Below, in pieces: positions 45,307 through 55,573 of a stretch of DNA of 64,000 nt; the stretch's first letter is position 1, and every line of letters starts with the position of its first letter. The notes under the pieces are model-generated. The model had not been told where the DNA came from and did no database searches. It was given only the letters and a program-made list of their open reading frames with translations. A program made the position numbers and the translations under genes. The stretch lies in IMG/VR virus record IMGVR_UViG_3300044614_001923. One strand, written 5' to 3'. This DNA is from a virus. Lineage: Duplodnaviria; Caudoviricetes.

Positions 45307-45480
45307 TCACTTACAATCTCTAAGAAGTGCGGTTCTTACAGTCTGTGCAAGTAGATTGTCAATATCATTATCAGTTGTATTTACATAACGATCTAAAAGA
45401 TCGCAGACAAGTTTCTTAGTGTTGCATGAATTTAATGCTGCAAAAAGAATTGGTTTTACTAGTTCTACAAATGCTCCCAT
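45307..45480 (-). CDS. Small conserved hypothetical protein (57 aa)
   Basis: MGAFVELVKPILFAALNSC..KKLVCDLL...TDNDIDN; GGAGG RBS. Confidence 0.7.
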   Translation of the reverse strand: MGAFVELVKPILFAALNSCNTKKLVCDLLDRYVNTTDNDIDNLLAQTVRTALLRDCK

Positions 45481-45538
45481 GATAACCTCCGTATGAGTGG
45501 ATTCAAAAGTATTTAGGAATTTTACTTAATTTTAATAT

Positions 45539-48500
45539 TCAATCAAACCTTGAAGACATATTATCCTGCGCTCTTTGAGCAGCAGCACGACGTTTTGCTA
45601 CTTTTTGAGCTGGAGATGCTGGAGCTCCATATTCACCAGCCTTAGGTGGTTTTTTGCCTGGTTCTTTTTTCTTTCCTCTTGGCTGAACTCCCAACCTACC
45701 AGACCCCATGCTCTTCATTACGGATCTCATTACTTGAGATCTTGTATCATTACCACCCATTGTTCCACCTTTTACAGATGGTTTTCCAGTTTTGTAGTCC
45801 TTACCAGTCTCCTTTTCATAACGATTTAATTCACTTACGAACTCTTCACCCATAGCATCCTGCTTACGTTGCTTCTTAGGATTCTTAGTTTTATCTGCAG
45901 AGTAGTTACTATCATCACCCTCAGGGTCTACAGAACTACGATGTCTTGTACTTCTTTCTTCATCATCCAGTTTTGAACGGTTGGACTTTGCCTCATCTGG
46001 AGAATATGTTCTACCACTGTTGTACCATTCTTTACCTACATGACCTCTCTTCTTAGCATCGGCAGAGGCTTCTCTACGCTTGAGTTTTCTGCGGTTTGCT
46101 TTGAAGTCCTTCATAGTCATACCTTCTTCAATTTCAAATTCAACCTCTTCCATTTCCATTGGAAGTTTTCCTTGCTTTTGCAGCGCCAATTCTTGCCTCT
46201 GAAGCATTTGCTTCTTCTGGATCATCTTCTGACGATTAGCAAGTTGTTGCTTTCTGAGCATTTCCGCTTTCTTGTCTTCAGTACCAGAACCCTGCTGTTG
46301 CTGAGCACCAACTTGCTGTTGCTCTTGATCCATTGCCTCTGCAACTCCACTGAGAGGTAACTTACCTTGTTTTTGCTGAGCAAGTTGTTGACGTTGAAGC
46401 ATTTGCTGCTTTTGAATCATCTTCTGACGATTAGCAATCATTTGCTTTCTTTGAATATCGTCTTGCTTAGCAGTGGTTCCTGATGGAGGAGTTGTTTCTC
46501 TTCCAGGCAGTTGAGTTACTGCTTCACCTAATTTTTTACCGCCGCGGCGGGCAGTGAGAACAGCGGCAATAGCAGCCTTTCTTCTTTCTTCCTTAGTTCT
46601 TCCTGCCAGTTGAGGAGATTGAGAGGAATAGAAGTCTTTGATTGCTGTTCCCATATCAGTTTTAGCAGTGATCTTTTCATCAATTACTGCAACCTCTTCT
46701 TCCATTCTACGAGCAACATTTCTAGCACCTCTAGAAACTGATCTTGCACCACTAGCAATTGCTTTCTTTAGTCCACTCTTAAGAGTGGATCCAATTCTAG
46801 AAAGCATTCCAGATTTCTTACTGTCCTTCTTTGTAGAAGCTGTCTTATACTTAATTCTATAAGAACCAGAGGATTTTGTTCCTTCATCAGAATCATCATC
46901 ACCCTTACCTGCTTGATATCCTGCCTTTGCAGTTGAAGATACTTTTCCAGCAACTTCTTTTGCTTTTTCTCCTGCTGCTGCAGCTGCGGCGCCTGCTTTC
47001 TTAGCAGCACCAACTGCCTTACCTGCGACATATCCAGCACCATAAGCTACTGATTTACCTGCAGATTTAATTCTATCACCAACACTCTTTACAGTATCCT
47101 TTACTTTTTGAGTTTTTTCTGCTCTTCTTTCAGCTGTCTTATTTTTAGCAATTAGTTTTGCATTCTTCTTAGAAGTTGCAGCTGCCAATGCATAACGATC
47201 TTCTTCGACCAATAAACTTTCTAAAGAAATATCTAGAGATTCCGTAAGTACTTCTTGAATCTCATCAATATCATATCCCTCATCAATACACTCATAGAAG
47301 ACTTCAGTTACAACCTCTTCAATTAGATCATTAGAAAGGAAATATAGTTCTGAATTTGTGAGTTCTTCAAGAACATGTTCAAACTCTTCACCTCTAACAA
47401 GTCTAGCAGCAAGTCTGGATGCTCCACTTACTCCAGAAGCAAATCCTTTAGCAACAGTAGATGCTCCCTTTGCTGCCTTACCAATTGTCTTCCCAGTTTC
47501 ACGAGCAGCACTCATTGCTTCTCTATGTCTTTTCATTCCCTTATTTACTTCTCTAGCAATTGCATCAAGAACAGGTCTTTTCTTTGGTTGACTTTCTTTT
47601 GCAGTGTCTACAGCTGCTTTTACTTCTGGTTTTGCTTCAACTTTTCTATTTTTCTTGACAGTAGATGACGGACCTTCAGAATCAATCTTTCTAGTTAAAC
47701 CATACTTCTTTAAAGCAGCGTTAGTTGAACTCTGAACTTTGCTTCCCTTTGGACCCTTAAGAGGTGCTCCTGCTGCTTTCTTCTGTAAGCGTGTTTCTAC
47801 TTTTTCAGTAATTACAGACTCGTTAAGTTCAAAAATAAACTCAACAAAAGCATCTAAACCAAGTTCTTCAATTACAATTTCAACTCCCTCATCATTTAAT
47901 CCCTCATTGAAGAAATATTCTGCTGCTACATTAATAGATTCATTAATAAATTCTTCAGTCAATTCAATAGATTCAATTATAACAGATTCCTCAAGTTTGG
48001 GGGAAAGATTGATGCACTTATCTTTTCCGTTATAATTATTGACTTTTTTTTCTTTTACTTGATTTTTTTTTTGAATCTCAATATCATCAGATACTACTTC
48101 ACGAAGATCTTCTCTCCAGTTTGAGAATCCCTCTTCAACCTTACCTTTTCTATTTGACATCGCATTGCCAATTGCTTTGCGGCGCTTCAAAAGATATTGG
48201 TCATTTTTATCTTTTTTCGCTGGAATTCCGTCATTATCAATATCACCTTTAGAATCTTCTTTACCTACTGGATCAAGTCCCTTACCAGAGGTAACTTTTG
48301 CAGTTTGACTACCTTTTTTTGCTTCTCCTTCATAAGGAGAACCATACTGAGTCATTTCAACTGAAGAAATATTTTTATTTGCTCTCAGTTGATTAATCTT
48401 TTCTCTGGTTGCCATACGAACATATGACTTACCAGTAAGTCTATCAGTTACACGTACTTGATACTTCTTAGTTTCTACTTCTTCTTTAACTGGGGTAGAT

Positions 48501-48829
48501 CCACCTCCTCCACCAGCAGGACCAATTCCAAGTTTTTCTTTAACTGCTTTCTTTTCAACAGCATTCATTGAAGTATTTGACATGTACTGATTGAATGCTT
48601 GCTCTAGAGGAACATCCTCTCTTCTTGCTCTATATCTAATATCATAAACTGCTTGGCGTACTCTCTTCATTTCACCTTCTTCACCACCGCCAGATGGAGC
48701 AGCACCTCCTTTCTTTTCTGGTCCAGATGGACTCGCTGGTGCTGATGCAGATGCCTTTCCAAGCTGTGGTTTAAACACCTCCTCAACGTAAATAGAAGAG
48801 ATGTCATTAAAAATATTATTGGTTGTCAT
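45539..48829 (-). CDS. Large modular acidic/basic low-complexity protein (1096 aa)
   Basis: Alternating Glu-rich and Lys/Arg/Gly-rich blocks; internal Gln-rich duplication. Confidence 0.8.
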   Translation of the reverse strand: MTTNNIFNDISSIYVEEVFKPQLGKASASAPASPSGPEKKGGAAPSGGGEEGEMKRVRQAVYDIRYRARREDVPLEQAFNQYMSNTSMNAVEKKAVKEKLGIGPAGGGGGSTPVKEEVETKKYQVRVTDRLTGKSYVRMATREKINQLRANKNISSVEMTQYGSPYEGEAKKGSQTAKVTSGKGLDPVGKEDSKGDIDNDGIPAKKDKNDQYLLKRRKAIGNAMSNRKGKVEEGFSNWREDLREVVSDDIEIQKKNQVKEKKVNNYNGKDKCINLSPKLEESVIIESIELTEEFINESINVAAEYFFNEGLNDEGVEIVIEELGLDAFVEFIFELNESVITEKVETRLQKKAAGAPLKGPKGSKVQSSTNAALKKYGLTRKIDSEGPSSTVKKNRKVEAKPEVKAAVDTAKESQPKKRPVLDAIAREVNKGMKRHREAMSAARETGKTIGKAAKGASTVAKGFASGVSGASRLAARLVRGEEFEHVLEELTNSELYFLSNDLIEEVVTEVFYECIDEGYDIDEIQEVLTESLDISLESLLVEEDRYALAAATSKKNAKLIAKNKTAERRAEKTQKVKDTVKSVGDRIKSAGKSVAYGAGYVAGKAVGAAKKAGAAAAAAGEKAKEVAGKVSSTAKAGYQAGKGDDDSDEGTKSSGSYRIKYKTASTKKDSKKSGMLSRIGSTLKSGLKKAIASGARSVSRGARNVARRMEEEVAVIDEKITAKTDMGTAIKDFYSSQSPQLAGRTKEERRKAAIAAVLTARRGGKKLGEAVTQLPGRETTPPSGTTAKQDDIQRKQMIANRQKMIQKQQMLQRQQLAQQKQGKLPLSGVAEAMDQEQQQVGAQQQQGSGTEDKKAEMLRKQQLANRQKMIQKKQMLQRQELALQKQGKLPMEMEEVEFEIEEGMTMKDFKANRRKLKRREASADAKKRGHVGKEWYNSGRTYSPDEAKSNRSKLDDEERSTRHRSSVDPEGDDSNYSADKTKNPKKQRKQDAMGEEFVSELNRYEKETGKDYKTGKPSVKGGTMGGNDTRSQVMRSVMKSMGSGRLGVQPRGKKKEPGKKPPKAGEYGAPASPAQKVAKRRAAAQRAQDNMSSRFD

Positions 48830-48845
48830 TGTTGTAGAATTCGTA

Positions 48846-50111
48846 CTATTTCTTCTTATACTTATTTATGAAATTCTTAATTTCTTTTGTTCCCGTCATT
48901 TTCATTGTATATTCACGATATGCATCCGTTCCAACTTCTCTTTGGTCGGCAGGAACTCCAGATTTGTTAGTAAATCCACTTTGAATATTTCTTGTTTGAG
49001 GGACAAATGCTCCGTATGATACGGGTTTATGATCCTCTTTATCTGCTGCTTTTTTAGATTCCACCACATCTTTAATCCAACATTTAAACATAATACTATC
49101 TTCAGTAACGCAAATCAAATAATTTGTTCCTCTACGAATAATACGTCCAACTAGTCCAGTATTAAGATTTTCAACAATATCTCCAATTCTAAAAATGTTT
49201 TCTTGGATATAATTTTCACGAAGGTTTTTCCAATCCAACTTAGGAGCAATTTCCCAAAGATTCCATCCCTCTTTAATATTCATTGCAGCACGAATGGTAT
49301 TATAGAGTTCTTTTGCTTGTTTCTCATTGAATGTGGAAGGAACTCCTTTTCTAAAGGTTTTAAAATCTCCTTCTGCTGCGGCCTTTCTTTGCTTAGATGC
49401 AGACATACCAGACACATCATCTTCAGAATCAGGATCCCTTTCCCCAGCAGAACGAACTTCTAAATTATCAAATTGATAGAGTTTACCATTATAATTATTG
49501 GAAAGTTTTTCAAACTCATTAACTCTATCAGCACCACCTACAATTCTTACGTTAGTATATCCATCCATATGTGCCTTTTTAAGAACATCGAAGATGGTAC
49601 GATTTGCCTGATCATTTATAATTCTTTCACTATGCTGAGGAAACATTTGCCTCATAACAGAAACTTTAGTATCAGCATCTAATGGATTCTTTTTCTTATC
49701 CTGACTTCTTGATGGAACAATAATATAATCACCATCATCAGAAGATGTTGCTACGGTATTTAAAAGTTTTTCATGTCCAGTTGTTGGTGGATTGAACCGC
49801 CCAAAAGCAATAGTTAAAGTTCCTTTTGTTTTTGGTACTGGAGGTGGACCTTCCACTTGAGGTTCTTGCTGAGACTGAACTTCTTTTGGAATTTCTTGAT
49901 CCTTTACTTTTTTTTCTTGAGGAGGGTCTTGCTTTCCAATTTTTTGATTTTTATTATAAAACTTAAGTTTTCCACCCTCAGTCTTCGCTGTAAATTCTCC
50001 ATTTTTATCGTACCATCCACCATGCCCATCTCCAGTTAAACCGAGACGAGATGCTTGCTGAACAGCAAGAGACTTTGATGCTTCAGAAAGAAATTGTAAA
50101 AAACTTTTCAT
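48846..50111 (-). CDS. Cytidylyltransferase-like protein
   Basis: FGRFNPPTTGHEKL; start set at MKSFLQF. Confidence 0.85.
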   Translation of the reverse strand: MKSFLQFLSEASKSLAVQQASRLGLTGDGHGGWYDKNGEFTAKTEGGKLKFYNKNQKIGKQDPPQEKKVKDQEIPKEVQSQQEPQVEGPPPVPKTKGTLTIAFGRFNPPTTGHEKLLNTVATSSDDGDYIIVPSRSQDKKKNPLDADTKVSVMRQMFPQHSERIINDQANRTIFDVLKKAHMDGYTNVRIVGGADRVNEFEKLSNNYNGKLYQFDNLEVRSAGERDPDSEDDVSGMSASKQRKAAAEGDFKTFRKGVPSTFNEKQAKELYNTIRAAMNIKEGWNLWEIAPKLDWKNLRENYIQENIFRIGDIVENLNTGLVGRIIRRGTNYLICVTEDSIMFKCWIKDVVESKKAADKEDHKPVSYGAFVPQTRNIQSGFTNKSGVPADQREVGTDAYREYTMKMTGTKEIKNFINKYKKK

Positions 50112-50140
50112 TTTTTGTGTTGATATACTTATATTTATGT

Positions 50141-51661
50141 TTATGTTCCGCCCCAAAGTCTGGGATCGATTCCTAGAGCATCTTGTAAATTACCAAGATT
50201 GTTTTTACTTCTTAACTTCATCCAATTTCCTTTCAACTTACTCCAATTATTTTTCGACATAATATCAAAATATAGACGAGTAGATCCTCTACTTGGATTA
50301 ACATTTTCTTTAGAAGTAACATAGACAACTTGCTCATTCAAAATTGCTCTATCATAAAACATCTCTTTAAAATTTAAAGAATTATTTGGTTCTGATGCTT
50401 TAGTAAATCCCTTTTCAAAAAATAAACTTAATGCTCCAACATTGGGTCTATAGTCTCTTCTACTACTTCTATTAATAACCGTATTGGTTAAAAGATCATT
50501 TAACTGTGGCATTACTTGTCCAACAGAATTTCTATTTTTAAGTAAAGAAGTTAAATCATCATTTTGAGACAGAGATGCTTTTTTAATTTTAGATGGATCA
50601 CAATTTTTAAAATAATTAACTAAAGTTGTTATTGCAGCATTTTTATTTCCAGAATATCTATGATGATCTAAGGCATAACGACATATTTCTCTAAATTGAC
50701 TTTCTTTAGATTTTGCAAGTATAGCAGCGGAGTACAATGGATATAAAGAAGATGTTTTTGATGCTTGAGGAGATGCTTTAGTAACTCCCCCCAGCATAGT
50801 GTAATATTCTCCAATATTTCCCTGACCCTTTGACCTTTTCCATTGATTTATTTCTCTAACGTTAGAAAATAAATCTTTTGGTTTTACGACATTTGGTGAT
50901 GAACCAAATGCAGCATTCTTAACAGATACTTTTATTGAATTTCCCTCAACCTGCCTAACGCCTGGAGGAACTAGAAAATAATCAACTAAAGGATAGTTTG
51001 CACCTACTGGAAAATAAACAGTCCACTTTGCAACTCCTCCTGGAATGTTTTCAACTCCAATCATTTTTCTTAGAGATGCCGATCCCGATAATCTTTTAAG
51101 TAAAGCATAAGCGGAAAATATTTCTATAGCTTCACTACCAAATTCTAAAATTCCATGAAAAGTAGTTGATAAATTTTTATCAAATTCGTCAAATGCTTTA
51201 GATACAACTGAGTTCCATATTACACTATCCTCACCAATATATTTCTTAACTGCATCTTTAATAGCTGCTGGAGTCAGTCTTTTTCCCTCAATACCAATAT
51301 CTTTTGGCTTCATCTTCCTGACTCTTTCAGATGAAGAAGTTCCTGGTTTTAAGACCAACCCATATGTTTTAGTTTGATCTACAAGAATTCCAACTTCACT
51401 TGATATTCTATTTCCAGATATTGTTGCTGACTTTTTCTTTGAAAAAACATAATTCTCAAGATATAGATTTTCTAAAATTCCATCAAATATAACTTGTCTC
51501 ACACTTCTACTTCTTGGCATATTTGAAACTTCATAAACAAATGTGCCATTTTCATTTATTTCAACAATACTATCTTCAGTGACGGAAATACTCCCCATAT
51601 TATTCTGAGATAAGACAGAACTTAAGATTGCAAAAATATTACTCTTTATAGAGTTTGCCAT
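50141..51661 (-). CDS. Hypothetical protein, possible PD-(D/E)XK nuclease fold
   Basis: 506 aa; YPLVDYFL...IKVSVK. Confidence 0.5.
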   Translation of the reverse strand: MANSIKSNIFAILSSVLSQNNMGSISVTEDSIVEINENGTFVYEVSNMPRSRSVRQVIFDGILENLYLENYVFSKKKSATISGNRISSEVGILVDQTKTYGLVLKPGTSSSERVRKMKPKDIGIEGKRLTPAAIKDAVKKYIGEDSVIWNSVVSKAFDEFDKNLSTTFHGILEFGSEAIEIFSAYALLKRLSGSASLRKMIGVENIPGGVAKWTVYFPVGANYPLVDYFLVPPGVRQVEGNSIKVSVKNAAFGSSPNVVKPKDLFSNVREINQWKRSKGQGNIGEYYTMLGGVTKASPQASKTSSLYPLYSAAILAKSKESQFREICRYALDHHRYSGNKNAAITTLVNYFKNCDPSKIKKASLSQNDDLTSLLKNRNSVGQVMPQLNDLLTNTVINRSSRRDYRPNVGALSLFFEKGFTKASEPNNSLNFKEMFYDRAILNEQVVYVTSKENVNPSRGSTRLYFDIMSKNNWSKLKGNWMKLRSKNNLGNLQDALGIDPRLWGGT

Positions 51662-51695
51662 AAAACTAAAAGGTTACGCTTTTAGATATTTAGAA

Positions 51696-51768
51696 TGGAG
51701 AATAGGAGACTCGAACTCCTGACACCCGCCTTGCAAAGGCGATGCTCTACCAACTGAGCTAATTCCCC
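51696..51768 (-). tRNA. trnA: tRNA-Ala(TGC)
   Basis: TCGCC-TTTGCAA-GGCGG; G3-U70. Confidence 0.96.
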
Positions 51769-51888
51769 AGATGGATTAAGTGTGATATATCTCATAAGGA
51801 CATAACAGGGACTTAACCTCTATCTTATATAGTATAAAACCCCTCAACTAAAAAGTCAAGGGGTCGGACTAACTTCCTGATTTAGTTA

Positions 51889-53358
51889 TCAGTGCTTTTC
51901 GTCACCACTAGGTGGTTTTGCCTTTGCCATTCTAGTTCCAGCAGCATCGCCAAACTTATCTCTTAGAGAAATTTTTTCTCTTCTTGGAGATACATATCCA
52001 ACTCCAGGAACTACACCTGTCTTACCAGCATCTCTTGCAGCATTTCTTGCTTCTGCTCTTGCTGCTGCTCTCTTACGATTTTTCTCGTAAGAACTCATTG
52101 CCTCATCAAGCCACGCTTCAAACTGTTCCTTAGCAATCTCACCCATTGCTTTTTGCTTACGGAGTTTCTTAGGATTCTTGGTTACGCCGCCAGGACCCTC
52201 TGAAGGATAGTCATGATCTTGAGTTCTTCCAACACCATGAACAGCACCAGATCTTGCTCTTTCTCTATCATTGGCAGTCATTTCACCTCTTCCGTAATGA
52301 GGACCACCTCTAAGAGATCTCCACATATGCTTCTCAGCGGACTTCACTTTTTTAGTTTTTTCTCCTCTTTGAGAATACTCAGATGCTGGTTTATTAGTTC
52401 TCTTACTAACAAGTTTTCCGTATGCTGCAGATGCTTTTGGAGTTTTACCGTAGGAACCTTCTGCTTCATCAAGATAAAACTCATACATATCATCCCAGGT
52501 GTAATCAGAAAGGTCATAACCTTCTTCTACCAGAGCATCTACCCAGAACTCAAACTCTTCTTTATTAATTTCTGCTGCTCTTCTTGCTGCTTTGCTTCCC
52601 TTTCCAACATTAGAATATGATTTTGGCCAATTGGAACCTGCTACTTTGCGATTGGGAGGAGTTCCCAGAAGTCCATCTTTATTAGAGCGTCTGATGTGCT
52701 TGATTAATGCAACATTATCACCTTGACCTGCTTTTGCTCTACCAGAAGCATGAGTACGGTTAGCAATCATTTCTGCTGCTTTTGCTTTACCCTTTTCACT
52801 GGTAATTGCTTCATCAAGTTCTTCCTCACCGAGAATAATATTAATCGCTTCCTCATCAATCAGATTTGCCATCATCCACTCAGCATCTTCAAAAGTTTCT
52901 GCATATCCCTCAACATAGAGAAACTCAAGAATAGTATCAAACAGATCAAAAGACTCATCTCCCATATTGAGTTGCTTTTTCTCATTAGGAGTCAATGCTG
53001 CAGATCCTCTCTGTGCTCCTCTTGCTGCCTGCTTTGCTTTTACTGCAGGGTCTGTAGACTTATGGGCATAACCATGTAGACCAGGACTTGAAGAAGTAGT
53101 CTTACGGAAATCTCCTCTTTGCTTTCTAGCAAGATTTTCCCTTGCTTTTTGCTTTTCACTATCTCCGTAAGTTGGTTTGTCTGCAAGTTTAGTTGCTCTA
53201 TCTGCTGCTGCACCACCACCAGTTGACTTAGCAATTTTTTGGCGAATAGGTGCCTCATCATAACCACGCTTTGCCATCGCAGTTGCTTCATCAACTTCTT
53301 GAGGAGTATGCACTTCAGCATACGCTTCCATTATGCCCTTAAAATCTTTGATGTCCAT
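51889..53358 (-). CDS. Modular acidic/basic protein (489 aa)
   Basis: Repeated (L/V)DEA junctions before basic modules. Confidence 0.8.
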   Translation of the reverse strand: MDIKDFKGIMEAYAEVHTPQEVDEATAMAKRGYDEAPIRQKIAKSTGGGAAADRATKLADKPTYGDSEKQKARENLARKQRGDFRKTTSSSPGLHGYAHKSTDPAVKAKQAARGAQRGSAALTPNEKKQLNMGDESFDLFDTILEFLYVEGYAETFEDAEWMMANLIDEEAINIILGEEELDEAITSEKGKAKAAEMIANRTHASGRAKAGQGDNVALIKHIRRSNKDGLLGTPPNRKVAGSNWPKSYSNVGKGSKAARRAAEINKEEFEFWVDALVEEGYDLSDYTWDDMYEFYLDEAEGSYGKTPKASAAYGKLVSKRTNKPASEYSQRGEKTKKVKSAEKHMWRSLRGGPHYGRGEMTANDRERARSGAVHGVGRTQDHDYPSEGPGGVTKNPKKLRKQKAMGEIAKEQFEAWLDEAMSSYEKNRKRAAARAEARNAARDAGKTGVVPGVGYVSPRREKISLRDKFGDAAGTRMAKAKPPSGDEKH

Positions 53359-53401
53359 TTTACAAATACTTTTTAGTTATTTATAAAAATACCATATAGA
53401 G

Positions 53402-53575
53402 TCACTCAACTACTTGACTAATTGCATCATCAAGATCAGCAATCACTTCACGAAGTTCAAAGATACGAGGTGGAGTACTAATAGGATCTGTAGTATAACC
53501 CTTCTGAGCATCAAACAAAACCTGACGAACTGCTGCAGCAGAACGTATATCCATTTCAACGGTTACTTTACTCAT
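53402..53575 (-). CDS. Small conserved hypothetical protein (57 aa)
   Basis: MSKVTVEMDIRSAAAVRQVLF...LREVIADLD; ATGA overlap. Confidence 0.7.
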   Translation of the reverse strand: MSKVTVEMDIRSAAAVRQVLFDAQKGYTTDPISTPPRIFELREVIADLDDAISQVVE

Positions 53576-53787
53576 GATTCTTCCTCAACTTGCTTATTAA
53601 ATCCAGTAGATACTTTTTTCTTTTCTGCTCTTTTTTTGAGCACTAATCCAGAAAGAGATTCCATTACTTTAAGAATGTCTTCTGTTTTGCACCCTTCTCC
53701 AAGTTCAGATGCTACAAAATGATATTTTGGAAAGAACTCTTCTGAAACTTCTTTATAATCTTCTAGAGTAATTGGTTTATCACTCAT
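53572..53787 (-). CDS. Hypothetical protein
   Basis: 71 aa; ATGA overlaps. Confidence 0.7.
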   Translation of the reverse strand: MSDKPITLEDYKEVSEEFFPKYHFVASELGEGCKTEDILKVMESLSGLVLKKRAEKKKVSTGFNKQVEEES

Positions 53788-54200
53788 ACATCTCCCTCAA
53801 CGCGATTCTCGGAACGATAGATATCAAAAGTTCCATTAGGATAACGAGCACTCAGTTTTTCATAGTTCATCTGAAGAACTTCTTCAAAATTAGTATCAAG
53901 AGCCATACATGCTTGAGCGAGATACCAACAAATATCTCCTAGTTCTCGTTTCAGATGAAAAATATTTTCTTCATTATATGGTTTTCCTTGAAGGAGAATT
54001 TTCTTTACAACTTCAGTAAACTCACCTGCCTCAGCACTCATACCCAGAGCAGCGGTTACTAGACGAGGAACATCGGCATCATCACTTGCTTCAAGTTCAC
54101 TAATACGAGCAAGAAGTTGTGCAACATCACTACTTGCAGGACTCGTTGTTTGACGTACAAAATCAATATACTTATTAGTGTCAATCACTTTATTAGTCAT
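53784..54200 (-). CDS. mazG: MazG nucleotide pyrophosphohydrolase
   Basis: LGMSAEAGEFTEVVKK, KRELGDICWY. Confidence 0.92.
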   Translation of the reverse strand: MTNKVIDTNKYIDFVRQTTSPASSDVAQLLARISELEASDDADVPRLVTAALGMSAEAGEFTEVVKKILLQGKPYNEENIFHLKRELGDICWYLAQACMALDTNFEEVLQMNYEKLSARYPNGTFDIYRSENRVEGDV

Positions 54201-55573
54201 CAGAATTTAAATCCCTCAAATGTTTTTTTAGGTTTTTTATCTTCATAATCATACTCTTCATCTTTTCCGTTGTCAAGGATATCATTCTGAGCAGATTGTT
54301 CGCAATCATAAAGACGCATTTTAGCGCGGTCAATACCAATCACAAAACGCTTATGGATGGTTGGATCATTATAACGGTTCTTAAGTTGTTTTACAAGAAT
54401 TTGTCCAAGTTCTTCTAGTTCTTCTGTAGAAATTAGAGCAAACATTAAGTCAGCAGTTGCAGGAAGACCAAATGATTCAGAAGTATCAGTCAGTTCAACA
54501 TCAGAAGAACCATAACCAGAACGAGTGGTCTGAGTGGCACTTACAATAGGAACATTAAATTCTACAGCAAGACCACGAAGTTCTTCAGCGATTGCTTTCA
54601 CAAAAGTATAAGAATTGATATTACTATTTCCTTTATACCTACTGGAAGCACAAATATTCAGATAATCAATGAAAATAATATCTGGTTTAAATGATTTCTT
54701 TAGAGCAAGTTCATTCAAAAGAGACTTGAAATGACCAGAGTGTGCTGATGCAGTTGGATACTCTTTAATGATTAATGTTCCCTGCGTCTTCTTTGCAATA
54801 TTTGTGACTTTATTCTCAAATACAGATTTGGGAAGATCTACAATATCTCGAATATTAACATTCAATAAGTTTGCATCAATTCGTTCAGCAATCTTTTCTT
54901 CTGCCATCTCCATTGTAATGTAGAGAACGTTCCTCCCTTGCAGCAACACGGAGCTAGCGACGTGGCACATGAATAGAGATTTGCCGACACCTGTACCAGC
55001 AAGCGCGATATTAAGAGTCTTACAAGGTAACCCACCTTTTGTAATTTTGTTAAAGTAATCAAGATCAAATTCAATTTTCTCCTCTGTTCTGTGATAAGAT
55101 TCATATCTTGTTTCATAATCTTGTAGATAATCATGCCCAACGTGATTGTCAAATGAAACTGCAAGAGCATCTTGTAGGATGGAAGGAATAGCATCCCTAC
55201 TCTTACTTCCATTACCATCAACTAGTTGGATTGATTCCATAAGTGCCAAATAAATGGCACGATCACGACACCACTTTTCAGTAGTATCAATCAACCAAGT
55301 TAGTTCTACAGGAACATTTTCAAGAGTGCTGACCAAATGGACAAGTTTTTGAAACTGCTCTTGAGTAACATCATTTCTTCTCTCAACTTCAATACACAGA
55401 ATGTCTTTAGTTGGAATTGTATTATATTCTAAAAGAAATTTATTAATTTCTTGATATATAATTTTTTGTTCTGGATCTTCAAAGTATTCTTCTTTTAAGA
55501 ATGGTAAAACTTTTCTTACATAATCCTCATTAAATAACAGGTTTCTAAGAATTAGAAACTCAACTTTCTCCAT
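54200..55573 (-). CDS. Replicative helicase (T4 gp41-like)
   Basis: AGTGVGKS, IFIDYLN, SATQTTR, LKNRY. Confidence 0.96.
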   Translation of the reverse strand: MEKVEFLILRNLLFNEDYVRKVLPFLKEEYFEDPEQKIIYQEINKFLLEYNTIPTKDILCIEVERRNDVTQEQFQKLVHLVSTLENVPVELTWLIDTTEKWCRDRAIYLALMESIQLVDGNGSKSRDAIPSILQDALAVSFDNHVGHDYLQDYETRYESYHRTEEKIEFDLDYFNKITKGGLPCKTLNIALAGTGVGKSLFMCHVASSVLLQGRNVLYITMEMAEEKIAERIDANLLNVNIRDIVDLPKSVFENKVTNIAKKTQGTLIIKEYPTASAHSGHFKSLLNELALKKSFKPDIIFIDYLNICASSRYKGNSNINSYTFVKAIAEELRGLAVEFNVPIVSATQTTRSGYGSSDVELTDTSESFGLPATADLMFALISTEELEELGQILVKQLKNRYNDPTIHKRFVIGIDRAKMRLYDCEQSAQNDILDNGKDEEYDYEDKKPKKTFEGFKF

